DNA of 46,880 nucleotides from Acutalibacteraceae bacterium (lineage in GTDB: Bacteria; Bacillota; Clostridia; Oscillospirales; Acutalibacteraceae): positions 1 to 46,880 of the forward strand of contig JAZOOE010000011.1 in assembly GCA_045654865.1 (NCBI GenBank), written 5' to 3'. This document shows, piece after piece, positions 39,645 to 46,880 of this stretch. The notes beneath the pieces were generated by a model, which was not told the DNA's origin, made no database searches, and was given only the letters and a program-made list of their open reading frames with translations. Position numbers and translations under genes: made by a program. Positions within the stretch are counted from its first letter, which is position 1, and every line of letters begins with the position of its first letter.

Positions 39645-41057
39645 ATGTCAGAATTTAAGGTTGCTTTTATTGCTGATCTTCATCATTATTCGGAAAAGCT
39701 CGGCAACAGCGGCAGAGCCTATGAGCTCAGAGAGGGAAGCGATCAGAAGTGTCTCAAGGAGACGGGAGCCATAATTGATAAGGCCTTTTTGCAGATCCTT
39801 GAGGACTCGGCGGACGCTGTGTGTGTGGCGGGCGATATAACCAATGACGGTGAAAGAGTCAGCCACGATGAGATTTTTGAAAGGTTTTCTTTGCTTGCAG
39901 AAAAGAAAAGCGTTTACGTTATCACCTCAACTCACGATTGGTGCTCGGATCACAATCCGAGACGCTTTGAGGGTGAAGAGGTTTTCGGTGACGTTGATAC
40001 TATGTCTCCCGAGGAGCTGAGGAAAAGATATTCCGTATTCGGAAAAGAGAACTGTCTTTCCTCCTATCGTACTGCTCTCGGGCTTGAATCCAGATGCTAT
40101 CAGCTTTGTCCCGGACTGAGGCTTCTTGCGGTGCACGACGATTGTGACGGCCCCGGCGGCAGCTCAGGCTATTGCGAGGAGCATCTTGCGTGGATGACAG
40201 AGCAGTTAAAGGATGCAAGAGAAAGCGGCTGTAAGTGTATTGCCATGGAGCATCATCTTCTGCTTCATCCCTTTTGCAGACTTATAAACTCGGGACAGTC
40301 CATAGGAAACAATTTTGAAACGGCTGCCCGGCTTGCCGATGCGGGGCTTCGCCTTATGCTTGTCGGTCATTCTCACATGCAGAGAACCACCGAATTTGTA
40401 TCGCCTCAGGGCAATAAGATAACACAGATAAATCTCGGTGCGCTTACGGGGTACCCCGCACCTATAACCTATATAAGCTTTGACGGAGAAAACGCGGCGG
40501 TAAGCGTGCGCTTTCTTGATGAATTTACTTATAACGGAAATAAATGCGGTTTTAATTATTTTCGTGAGCATACTCTCGGAGTGCTTTTTAATCTTCTTGA
40601 GGCGGGTGCTGCCGACAAGGAGGATTTTTCACAAAGGCTTCGTGCGCAGGGTATAAAAGTCCCCTCGTTCGACACGCTTTATCCCGTGATACGCTTTGTC
40701 TGTAAAAGGCTTCTGCGTGCCCGTTGCGGTATGGTAGGCGGATTTATTAATTTTCTCACCCTCGGAAGAGCTATCCCCCGTAAGGCGCTCAGAGAGATAA
40801 AGGATATGCCTCTTTTACAGCTTGTGGGTGACGTGTTTCTGGGAATATTTGACGGCTCTGCATATCTCAAGGGGGCGCGCGAGGCTGAAAAAAGAGTTGT
40901 CTGCTCGGTGGGAGCACTGGCTTCCCGCATAATAAGACGGCTTCCCTTGAAAAACAAGGACGGAATACTGAAGACAACGGATCAGATAGAGGCTCTCACA
41001 CGAGAGCTTATGTATCCTTCCTTGCCCGATAATATGAATACCGTAATTGCATTATGA
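39645..41057 (+). CDS. Metallophosphoesterase family protein
   Basis: It carries FIADLHHYS, VAGDITNDGE, MEHHLL and VGHSHMQ. The protein is 470 aa. Confidence 0.8.
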   Translation: MSEFKVAFIADLHHYSEKLGNSGRAYELREGSDQKCLKETGAIIDKAFLQILEDSADAVCVAGDITNDGERVSHDEIFERFSLLAEKKSVYVITSTHDWCSDHNPRRFEGEEVFGDVDTMSPEELRKRYSVFGKENCLSSYRTALGLESRCYQLCPGLRLLAVHDDCDGPGGSSGYCEEHLAWMTEQLKDARESGCKCIAMEHHLLLHPFCRLINSGQSIGNNFETAARLADAGLRLMLVGHSHMQRTTEFVSPQGNKITQINLGALTGYPAPITYISFDGENAAVSVRFLDEFTYNGNKCGFNYFREHTLGVLFNLLEAGAADKEDFSQRLRAQGIKVPSFDTLYPVIRFVCKRLLRARCGMVGGFINFLTLGRAIPRKALREIKDMPLLQLVGDVFLGIFDGSAYLKGAREAEKRVVCSVGALASRIIRRLPLKNKDGILKTTDQIEALTRELMYPSLPDNMNTVIAL

Positions 41058-42280
41058 AAAATGATGCGCTGAAAATAATAAATGCCGCAATAAAGGCGGC
41101 GGATCCCTATGAGAATACCCTAAGGCTGCTGAACAGTCTTGCGCTTCCACGGAGGGTGAGCGTGCTTGCTGCGGGAAAGGCGGCCGTGCCTATGGCACGG
41201 GCGGCGTGCGACGTGCTTTCTTCACGGATAGCAAAAGCTCTTCTCGTAACTAAATATGAGCACGCGGGGGATTTTTTCCATCCTGCCTTTGAAGTAATCG
41301 AGGCGGGACATCCCGTAAGCGACGACAACAGTATTCTTGCGGCTCAGAAGGGACTGAGACTTGCCCGTGAGCTTTCAGAGGAGGACGTGCTTGTCGTGCT
41401 TTTATCGGGCGGCGGCTCGGCATTGCTTGGGGAAAGCAGGATCTCTCCCGAGGAGCAAAGAGATATAACGAAAAAGCTTCTTGAAAGAGGTGCGGATATA
41501 AGGCAGATAAATGCCGTGAGAAAAAGGCTTTCTCTCGTTAAGGGCGGTGCGCTTGCGGCGGCGGCATATCCCGCAAAGGTCGTGACGATCGCTCTGAGTG
41601 ACGTGCTTTCCAATGATAAAGGCGTTATAGCCTCGGGACTCACCGTAAAGGACGAGGAATCTGATGCTTTTGTTGACGGGGTGCTGAGGGAATATCTTTA
41701 CGATATCCCCGAGCATATAAGAAAAATTATTTTTACAAAAGACGAAATTAAGATAAATGACGGCGGTTATTATTTTGCAGGTGATATAAATATCCTCTGC
41801 GATGCCGCAGAAAAAGAGGCGGCGGCTCTCGGCTACAGAGTGCATTCGGGCAGACGCGACCTTACGGGTGAGGCGGCTGATACGGCACGGCTTCTGACGG
41901 ATATTCCCGAAACTTCTTCGGGACGCTGTTGCTACGTGTTCGGTGGTGAGACCGTTGTAAAGGTCACGGGCACGGGCAAGGGCGGCAGGAATCAGGAGGC
42001 GGCGCTGTCGGCGTCTATAGAGCTTCGCGGTAAAAAAGGAATCCTTTTTGCAAGTGCGGGCTCTGACGGGACGGACGGCCCAACGGACGCGGCAGGAGCA
42101 ATTGCCGACGGTAATACGTATAATATAATGAAAAGCCGCGGAGTGTCTCCCGAAAAGGAGCTTGCCGACAATAACTCATATTACGCTATGGCTTCGGCGC
42201 AGTCCCTTATCCTTACGGGACCTACCGGAACCAACGTTAACGATCTGATTATAATTTTGACTGAAGATTATGAAAAATAA
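41054..42280 (+). CDS. Glycerate 2-kinase / hydroxypyruvate reductase-like (DUF4147 + MOFRL)
   Basis: It has an ATGA overlap with the upstream gene. It carries ..LLSGGGSAL.., GGETVVKVTGTGKGGRNQEAALS and GSDGTDGPTDAAGA. Confidence 0.85.
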   Translation: MKNDALKIINAAIKAADPYENTLRLLNSLALPRRVSVLAAGKAAVPMARAACDVLSSRIAKALLVTKYEHAGDFFHPAFEVIEAGHPVSDDNSILAAQKGLRLARELSEEDVLVVLLSGGGSALLGESRISPEEQRDITKKLLERGADIRQINAVRKRLSLVKGGALAAAAYPAKVVTIALSDVLSNDKGVIASGLTVKDEESDAFVDGVLREYLYDIPEHIRKIIFTKDEIKINDGGYYFAGDINILCDAAEKEAAALGYRVHSGRRDLTGEAADTARLLTDIPETSSGRCCYVFGGETVVKVTGTGKGGRNQEAALSASIELRGKKGILFASAGSDGTDGPTDAAGAIADGNTYNIMKSRGVSPEKELADNNSYYAMASAQSLILTGPTGTNVNDLIIILTEDYEK

Positions 42281-42938
42281 AAAGATTGAGCTTGTGGATT
42301 ACACAAGAGGAGAAGAAATACTTAATATTCTGACGCACCTTGCGGGACTTGTTATTCCGGTATTTATAATAATGAGAATTTTTCCCTTGTGCGCAGATGA
42401 GCCCTTTTATATGCTGTGTGCTGTTTTATATACGCTCGGCTCCTTTCTCACCTTTGCGGCGTCTGTTGTATATCACGCCATACCGCCCTCGGATATAAAG
42501 GGAATTTTCAGAATAGTTGACCATACCGCCATATTTTTTGCTGTTGCGGGCACTATTACAGGCTGTGTTCCCGCTGTTTTCAGAGAGGGAGAGACTGTGG
42601 GTGCCGTGCTTATGCTGGTGCTTGCATGGGGAAGCGTTATTGCGGGCAGTATACTTACCGTATTTTTCTTCGAGAAAACCAAAACCATCAGAATGTTTAT
42701 CTATATTTTTTCGGCGGCTCTTTCCGCTCTTGCGGGAGCCGGAACGTTTCTCCGTTTGGATCCCGGTGCATTTATATGCCTTCTGACGGGCGGCGCGGTG
42801 CTTCTTATAGGCTGTGTGCTTTATAAGGCGGGAAAAAAGAAGAGATACGTTCACAGTATTTTTCACTTGTTTATATTGCTGGGACTCGGTATTTATTGTA
42901 ACGGCATATACTATTTCGTTTATCTTCCTATCATTTGA
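42270..42938 (+). CDS. Hemolysin III / PAQR family membrane protein
   Basis: The protein is 222 aa with 7 TM segments. It carries EEILNILTHLAG, DHTAIFF and HSIFHLF. Confidence 0.85.
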   Translation: MKNKKIELVDYTRGEEILNILTHLAGLVIPVFIIMRIFPLCADEPFYMLCAVLYTLGSFLTFAASVVYHAIPPSDIKGIFRIVDHTAIFFAVAGTITGCVPAVFREGETVGAVLMLVLAWGSVIAGSILTVFFFEKTKTIRMFIYIFSAALSALAGAGTFLRLDPGAFICLLTGGAVLLIGCVLYKAGKKKRYVHSIFHLFILLGLGIYCNGIYYFVYLPII

Positions 42939-42965
42939 CATCTTAAGGAATTGAGGTTTTGTAAA

Positions 42966-43964
42966 ATGGAAAAAAGAACAGTTTGTCTTACCGGTGCAAC
43001 AGGTCACGTAGGCTTTGCAGTGCTCAAGGAGCTGCAGAATTATGCGGATACTGACGTGAGGATCATTCTCAGAAAGGATCCCGGCTATTTTGACGGTCTT
43101 TCCTGCGAAAAGCTCAAGGGTGATATTACCGATTATGCTTCTCTCGTTGAAGCCTTCAGGGGCTGTGACATTGTATATCACGTTGCAGGCTGCGTTGAAA
43201 TAAAGCCCGGTAATGAGGACTTTGTTTATAAGGTAAACGTTACGGGAACGGAAAACGTTATAAATGCCTGCCGTGAAACGGGAGTTAAAAGGCTTGTATA
43301 TATGTCAAGCGTTGATACCTATATTCCTCTTCCCGAGGGACAGGTAATGACAGAGGTTTATGAATATGATCCCGATAAGCTGGAGGGAACCTATGCAAAG
43401 ACAAAGGCAGAGGCAACCGCAAAGGTGCTTGCCGCCAACGAGCCCGGTGTGCTTGAAACGGTGGTATGCCAGCCAAGCGCTTGTATGGGACCTTATGATT
43501 TCAAGGTATCAAGCATCGGCAGTATGGTGAGAATGTTCTCATCGGGTAATTTCCCCATTACAATGACCTTCGGTGCATATAACTTCGTTGACGTCCGCGA
43601 CGTTGCAATCGGTACCATTCTTGCAGGTGACAAGGGCGGTGCAGGTGAGGTTTATCTTCTTTGCAATCAGAGCTGCACCGTTGACGAGTTTATAAGACTT
43701 CTTGCCGAGGTTTGCGGAAACAAGCCTCCCAAGATCAAGCTCGGAAAGGGCATAATCGACCTTGCCGCCCCCGTAATGGAGGTATTCTACAAGGTATCGG
43801 GACAGTCTCCCATATTCACGCGCTACGCCGTAAGAAAGCTGTGCTCAAACTGCAACTTCTCCTTTGAGAAGGCTCAGAGGGAGCTTGGCTATAATCCGAG
43901 ACCTCTCAAGGAAAGCCTTGAGGACACTATGAAGTGGATAAAGGAATCTGAAGGCAAGGCATAA
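42966..43964 (+). CDS. NAD-dependent epimerase/dehydratase (extended SDR, dihydroflavonol-reductase-like)
   Basis: It has the Rossmann motif CLTGATGHVG and the catalytic YAKTK. The ATG at 42966 is preferred over the upstream TTG at 42951. Confidence 0.85.
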   Translation: MEKRTVCLTGATGHVGFAVLKELQNYADTDVRIILRKDPGYFDGLSCEKLKGDITDYASLVEAFRGCDIVYHVAGCVEIKPGNEDFVYKVNVTGTENVINACRETGVKRLVYMSSVDTYIPLPEGQVMTEVYEYDPDKLEGTYAKTKAEATAKVLAANEPGVLETVVCQPSACMGPYDFKVSSIGSMVRMFSSGNFPITMTFGAYNFVDVRDVAIGTILAGDKGGAGEVYLLCNQSCTVDEFIRLLAEVCGNKPPKIKLGKGIIDLAAPVMEVFYKVSGQSPIFTRYAVRKLCSNCNFSFEKAQRELGYNPRPLKESLEDTMKWIKESEGKA

Positions 43965-43993
43965 GAAAGACGTTAAATATCTGTATATAAAGC

Positions 43994-44040
43994 TACGGGA
44001 TGTGCTTCCTTGCGAGGCACCTCCCGTAATTTATTCTTTA
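43994..44040 (+). terminator. Probable terminator of the operon
   Basis: The stem is tacgggatgtgc (43994-44005) / gcacctcccgta (44017-44028) with one mismatch. It is followed by the T-rich atttattcttta. Confidence 0.5.
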
Positions 44041-44187
44041 TCCGATATTTGTTTTGCCTTTTTACGAAAAGTCGGGGAATTTAACTCAGACCTTAATTAC
44101 ATTGTTCTTCGCACTCGGGGGGACAACCCCGTTCTCCTTTGTCTTTTCGTGACAAGCACTGCATTTGTGTCCGCAAATGCAATTTAA

Positions 44188-44343
44188 GTTATGAGTTATA
44201 AGGTTCGCTTTCGCTCACCGTTATGATTTTGCTATCGCAAAAGTTATGATATGATTGCCTTTTTTTGCTTTCAACTTGGCGAAGTCAATTATAACGATGC
44301 GTAGCATCTCATAACTCATAACTTGCCGAAAGGCAATCATAAC
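44188..44343. repeat. Heptamer/hairpin array: 4 x GTTATGA-like units followed by 4 x TCATAAC-like units, separated by short hairpins
   Basis: The forward units lie at 44188, 44195, 44220 and 44243. The reverse units lie at 44289, 44309, 44316 and 44337. The spacers are themselves hairpins (ttttgc-tatc-gcaaaa; gatgc-gta-gcatc; ttgcc-gaaa-ggcaa). Confidence 0.7.
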
Positions 44344-44402
44344 TGCGCACCTGCTATATCGCAGGTGCGCCAAGGGGGCTTTCCTTTTTTGAAGCTATGA
44401 GA

Positions 44403-44433
44403 AAACGGCTGCCGATGTGACGGGCAGCCGTTT
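44403..44433 (-). terminator. Intrinsic terminator of the VOC/esterase operon
   Basis: The stem is aaacggctgcc (44403-44413) / ggcagccgttt (44423-44433). On the minus strand it is followed by tctcat after the ttt of the stem. Confidence 0.7.
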
Positions 44434-44448
44434 AATTATATAAGTTGC

Positions 44449-44850
44449 TTATGCCTTGAAGAATTCGAGCTGCTCACCGTCGGGGCCCTTGACAAAGCCG
44501 CAGGTGATAGTCATCTTCTCGGGTGAGGAATCAAGAGGAACGGTTTTGGGCTCTATAAAGGGAGTAAAGCCCGCCTCAAGAGCAACGGCATAAGCCTTTT
44601 CAACGTCATCGGTTGACAATGCAAGATGCTGCCATTTGCCCTCCTCGGCATATTGGTCGCCGCCGTTGGCAAACAGCTCAATGATGCCGCCGTCGCCGAT
44701 GTCGAGCATAACTATAAGACTTGCGCCCTCGCCCCAGCGTACCTTTTCGGTCATACCGAGTGCCTTATACATTGAAAGGCTCTTTTCGATGTCCTTACAT
44801 CTGAGTGCTATATGATGGAAGCCGAGGCCTCCTGATATTTTTGTTGCCAT
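44449..44850 (-). CDS. VOC (glyoxalase/bleomycin-resistance/dioxygenase) family protein
   Basis: The protein is 133 aa. It carries GFHHIALRCKDIEKS and ..WQHLALSTDDVEKAY.., the paired beta-alpha-beta-beta-beta modules. Confidence 0.8.
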   Translation of the reverse strand: MATKISGGLGFHHIALRCKDIEKSLSMYKALGMTEKVRWGEGASLIVMLDIGDGGIIELFANGGDQYAEEGKWQHLALSTDDVEKAYAVALEAGFTPFIEPKTVPLDSSPEKMTITCGFVKGPDGEQLEFFKA

Positions 44851-44851
44851 A

Positions 44852-45757
44852 TTATTTCTCCGTGTATTTTTTTATAAATTCGCAGATTTGGTCGATGCAG
44901 AGCTTGCCTTCCTTTGAATAGGGGAGAAGGCAGGCAAAAACGTGAGGAAGATTTCTGCCCTCGAATTTGGGGAAGTCAAGAAGCTGAGCTTTGATTGAGC
45001 GCGAGCACATATCCTTGTAAAGCTGTCTTGTCTGCTCTCTTGCAAGGGTGTCTCCCGAGCTTGTTATGAGAAGTGAGGGAGGAAAGTCCTCGGTGCAATC
45101 CAGCAGCTCATCAATATTCATATATTTCCTGTCGCTGACGGGAAGTCCCTTTTCGCCCCACATCATTCGGCAATAAAGTCCCATGGGGAGTGAGGTATTC
45201 ATATATGCAACGGGAGAGGTAAGAACGGCACAGTTGAAATCAAGACCGTGGTTGACGGTGCCGAAATGCGTGCGCAGATGCTCACTTCGTGAGAGAGCCG
45301 CCGTAAATGCGGCAAGCTGACCGCCCGCAGAGTCACCTGTGATTATGATTTTATCCGTATCACAGGGGAACTCTCCGAAGAGGCTTTTTGCCTTTTCGAT
45401 TGCTCTCGAAATATCCTGAAGCTGCATAGGAACGGTAACGTCGGGCACGAGACGGTAGCTTATGTTGAATACCACGAAGCCTCTTTCTGCAAGATACTGA
45501 CTGTAAATCTTGTTAAGGTCCTTTGTGCCGTACATCCAGCCGCCGCCGTGGATTTCAATGATTACGGGAAGCTTCTCGGTGGTGTTTTCGGGATAATATA
45601 CGTCTAAAAGATGATATTCGCTATGGGAATCCGTGTAAGCGATGTTGTTTATTTCCTTAATTCCGTCGGGCAGTGACAAGGTGGCAATTCTTTTATCGTC
45701 ATCAGCCTTTACAAATTTGTTCCAGAATAAACCAAAAACACTAAGAAGAACACCCAT
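44852..45757 (-). CDS. Alpha/beta hydrolase, HSL-type esterase/lipase
   Basis: It has the oxyanion motif HGGGW and the nucleophile elbow GDSAGG. The start at 45757 (MGVLLSV) avoids overlap with the upstream gene and has GAGG 9 nt upstream. Confidence 0.85.
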   Translation of the reverse strand: MGVLLSVFGLFWNKFVKADDDKRIATLSLPDGIKEINNIAYTDSHSEYHLLDVYYPENTTEKLPVIIEIHGGGWMYGTKDLNKIYSQYLAERGFVVFNISYRLVPDVTVPMQLQDISRAIEKAKSLFGEFPCDTDKIIITGDSAGGQLAAFTAALSRSEHLRTHFGTVNHGLDFNCAVLTSPVAYMNTSLPMGLYCRMMWGEKGLPVSDRKYMNIDELLDCTEDFPPSLLITSSGDTLAREQTRQLYKDMCSRSIKAQLLDFPKFEGRNLPHVFACLLPYSKEGKLCIDQICEFIKKYTEK

Positions 45758-45761
45758 ATTA

Positions 45762-46403
45762 TCAATCCTCGTTCTTTTGTTCCATATATGCACATACTGA
45801 GAGTATGAGCGTGCAGATGAAAATAAGAAGAATTGCAGTATAAGCTATGCCCAGCTTCATATATTCAAAGGTTGCAACGTTTCCGAGAAGAAGTCCCAGA
45901 AGCTGATTTGTGTTGCCGAGAAGTGAGTTGAGGTTGAATGCGCCGTTGAGGAAGGGCTTTGCAAATGCATTGAAGGATGCGTTCATCAGAAGTGAGCCTG
46001 CAATGCCGGCAAGGGAAAGAAGAATGCCTGCAGAGGGCTTCTTGGTTGCGGCACAGACGATGATAAGGGCAATTGCAATAAGAAGCACGATAACAAGGAA
46101 AACAAGTGCGATAATACCCCAGTGAAGACCGGGAAGCATATCAAGCATTTCCTGCTTTTTGTCGCCTGCAAAGGCATCCCATAAAGCTTTATAGGTGCCC
46201 ATTGAATCAGCGGCACCGCTTTTTATAACGTCAAGAATATCCTTGATGCTTATGAATTCGCTGAGACCGAAGTTGTCAAGAAGATTTACCTTTGACGAAG
46301 CGAGTCCCGAGGCTATATATATTCTGAAAAGAGGAAGGAATATAACAGCGGGGAATATCAGAGCGGTAAGTATGGGAGTAACGATTCTGTTTATTGTTCT
46401 CAT
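45762..46403 (-). CDS. Hypothetical integral membrane protein
   Basis: The protein is 213 aa with about 5 hydrophobic segments. The RBS is AGGTGAcagaaaaATG. I recognise no family. Confidence 0.65.
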   Translation of the reverse strand: MRTINRIVTPILTALIFPAVIFLPLFRIYIASGLASSKVNLLDNFGLSEFISIKDILDVIKSGAADSMGTYKALWDAFAGDKKQEMLDMLPGLHWGIIALVFLVIVLLIAIALIIVCAATKKPSAGILLSLAGIAGSLLMNASFNAFAKPFLNGAFNLNSLLGNTNQLLGLLLGNVATFEYMKLGIAYTAILLIFICTLILSVCAYMEQKNED

Positions 46404-46418
46404 TTTTCTGTCACCTGA

Positions 46419-46880
46419 TTATTTTTTATAGGAGGAGTTGAGCTGAACGGTTCTGTTGAATACGAGAGCACCGTCACGGGAATCGGGATCAACGGCAAAA
46501 TAGCCGTTACGCACAAACTGGAAGGATTCTCCGGGCTTTGCCTGAGCGAGTGAGGGCTCAACGAGGGCATCCTTGAGAATGATGAGAGAATTCTTATTGA
46601 GAGCATCCTTGAACTGCTCGTCGGGAATTGATGCGGGATCCTCATCCTCGAAAAGCTTATCGTAAAGACGAAGCTCAGCACTGACAGCGTCGGGACCTGC
46701 CCAGTGTATCGTACCCTTTACCTTTCTGCCGTCGGGTGAGTCGCCGCCCTTTGTTGCGGGATCGTAGGTGCAATGGATGCAGATAACCTCTCCGTTTTCA
46801 TCCGTTTCATAGGATGTGCAGGTAAGGAAGTAAGCACCCTTCAGTCTGACCTCGTTGCCGGGGAACATACGGAAATACTT
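46419..46880 (-). CDS. glnS: Glutamine--tRNA ligase, C-terminal anticodon-binding part (the gene continues beyond the window)
   Basis: The frame is open to the window edge. ..DGRKVKGTIHWAG...LRLYDKLF...GESFQFVRNGYFAVD...VFNRTVQL matches the GlnRS C-terminus as I remember it from E. coli (DGRKVKGVIHWVS..FQFEREGYFCLD..VFNRTVGL). Confidence 0.9.
   Translation of the reverse strand, partial: KYFRMFPGNEVRLKGAYFLTCTSYETDENGEVICIHCTYDPATKGGDSPDGRKVKGTIHWAGPDAVSAELRLYDKLFEDEDPASIPDEQFKDALNKNSLIILKDALVEPSLAQAKPGESFQFVRNGYFAVDPDSRDGALVFNRTVQLNSSYKK

Noticed and set aside
44188-44343. The possibility that the heptamer/spacer arrays (GTTATGA and CCGAATT types) are CRISPR arrays.
   Set aside because: The repeats are only 7 nt and the spacers 0-39 nt, of irregular length. 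The repeats switch orientation midway. There is no leader or cas gene in the window.

Overview
This 46.9-kb window looks chromosomal and probably comes from a dockerin-encoding, Ruminococcus-like member of the Clostridia. That origin is an inference from the dockerin sequence style, BspA-type LRR proteins and Gram-positive RBS/terminator style; no database search was possible. I call 37 protein genes, two of them cut by the window edges. I found no rRNA, tRNA, CRISPR, transposase, integrase or phage genes.

Gene content, left to right:
- The 3' end of a Cys-rich repeat surface protein.
- A tandemly duplicated two-gene module of small acidic YbjN/T3SS-chaperone-like proteins (four genes).
- A GH42/GHL6-like glycosidase.
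- An AgrC/AgrA-like (GHKL kinase + LytTR) two-component system, divergent from two very large BspA-type LRR surface proteins.
- A metallophosphoesterase, then nadC, nadB and nadA.
- A second AgrC/AgrA-like pair, a GtrA-like protein, and a GPH/MFS-like transporter with a long Lys/Glu-rich tail.
- Housekeeping genes: M42 peptidase, THUMP methyltransferase, Na/Pi-PhoU transporter.
- A small island (membrane-anchored XRE regulator plus stand-alone E2-type acyltransferase domain) bracketed by a ~169-bp inverted repeat.
- A small radical SAM/SPASM enzyme.
- Three dockerin proteins plus a DUF1292 protein.
- DUF1846, a metallophosphoesterase / glycerate kinase / hemolysin-III / SDR operon, a VOC protein, an esterase, a membrane protein, and the 3' end of glnS.

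Most interesting observations:
1. A conserved LytTR-type repeat promoter module, TACCGTTC(G/A)-N11-GACCGTTCATTACA...TATTG...TAtAAT, occurs four times. It lies upstream of the regulator operon itself, both LRR proteins, and a dockerin protein 22 kb away, so it defines a candidate regulon for surface proteins.
2. The Cys-repeat/LRR proteins share an unusual C-terminal tail (CxHICH(K/R)D - amphipathic/hydrophobic helix - CxCGxAHY-stop). This may be an unrecognised anchoring or sorting signal.
3. The four chaperone-like acidic proteins sit next to these surface protein genes.
4. Several unclassified intergenic repeat families are present, including MITE-like elements whose ends are built from tandem heptamers, and heptamer/hairpin arrays.

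All functional calls rest on motifs I recognise by eye. No HMM or BLAST search could be run.
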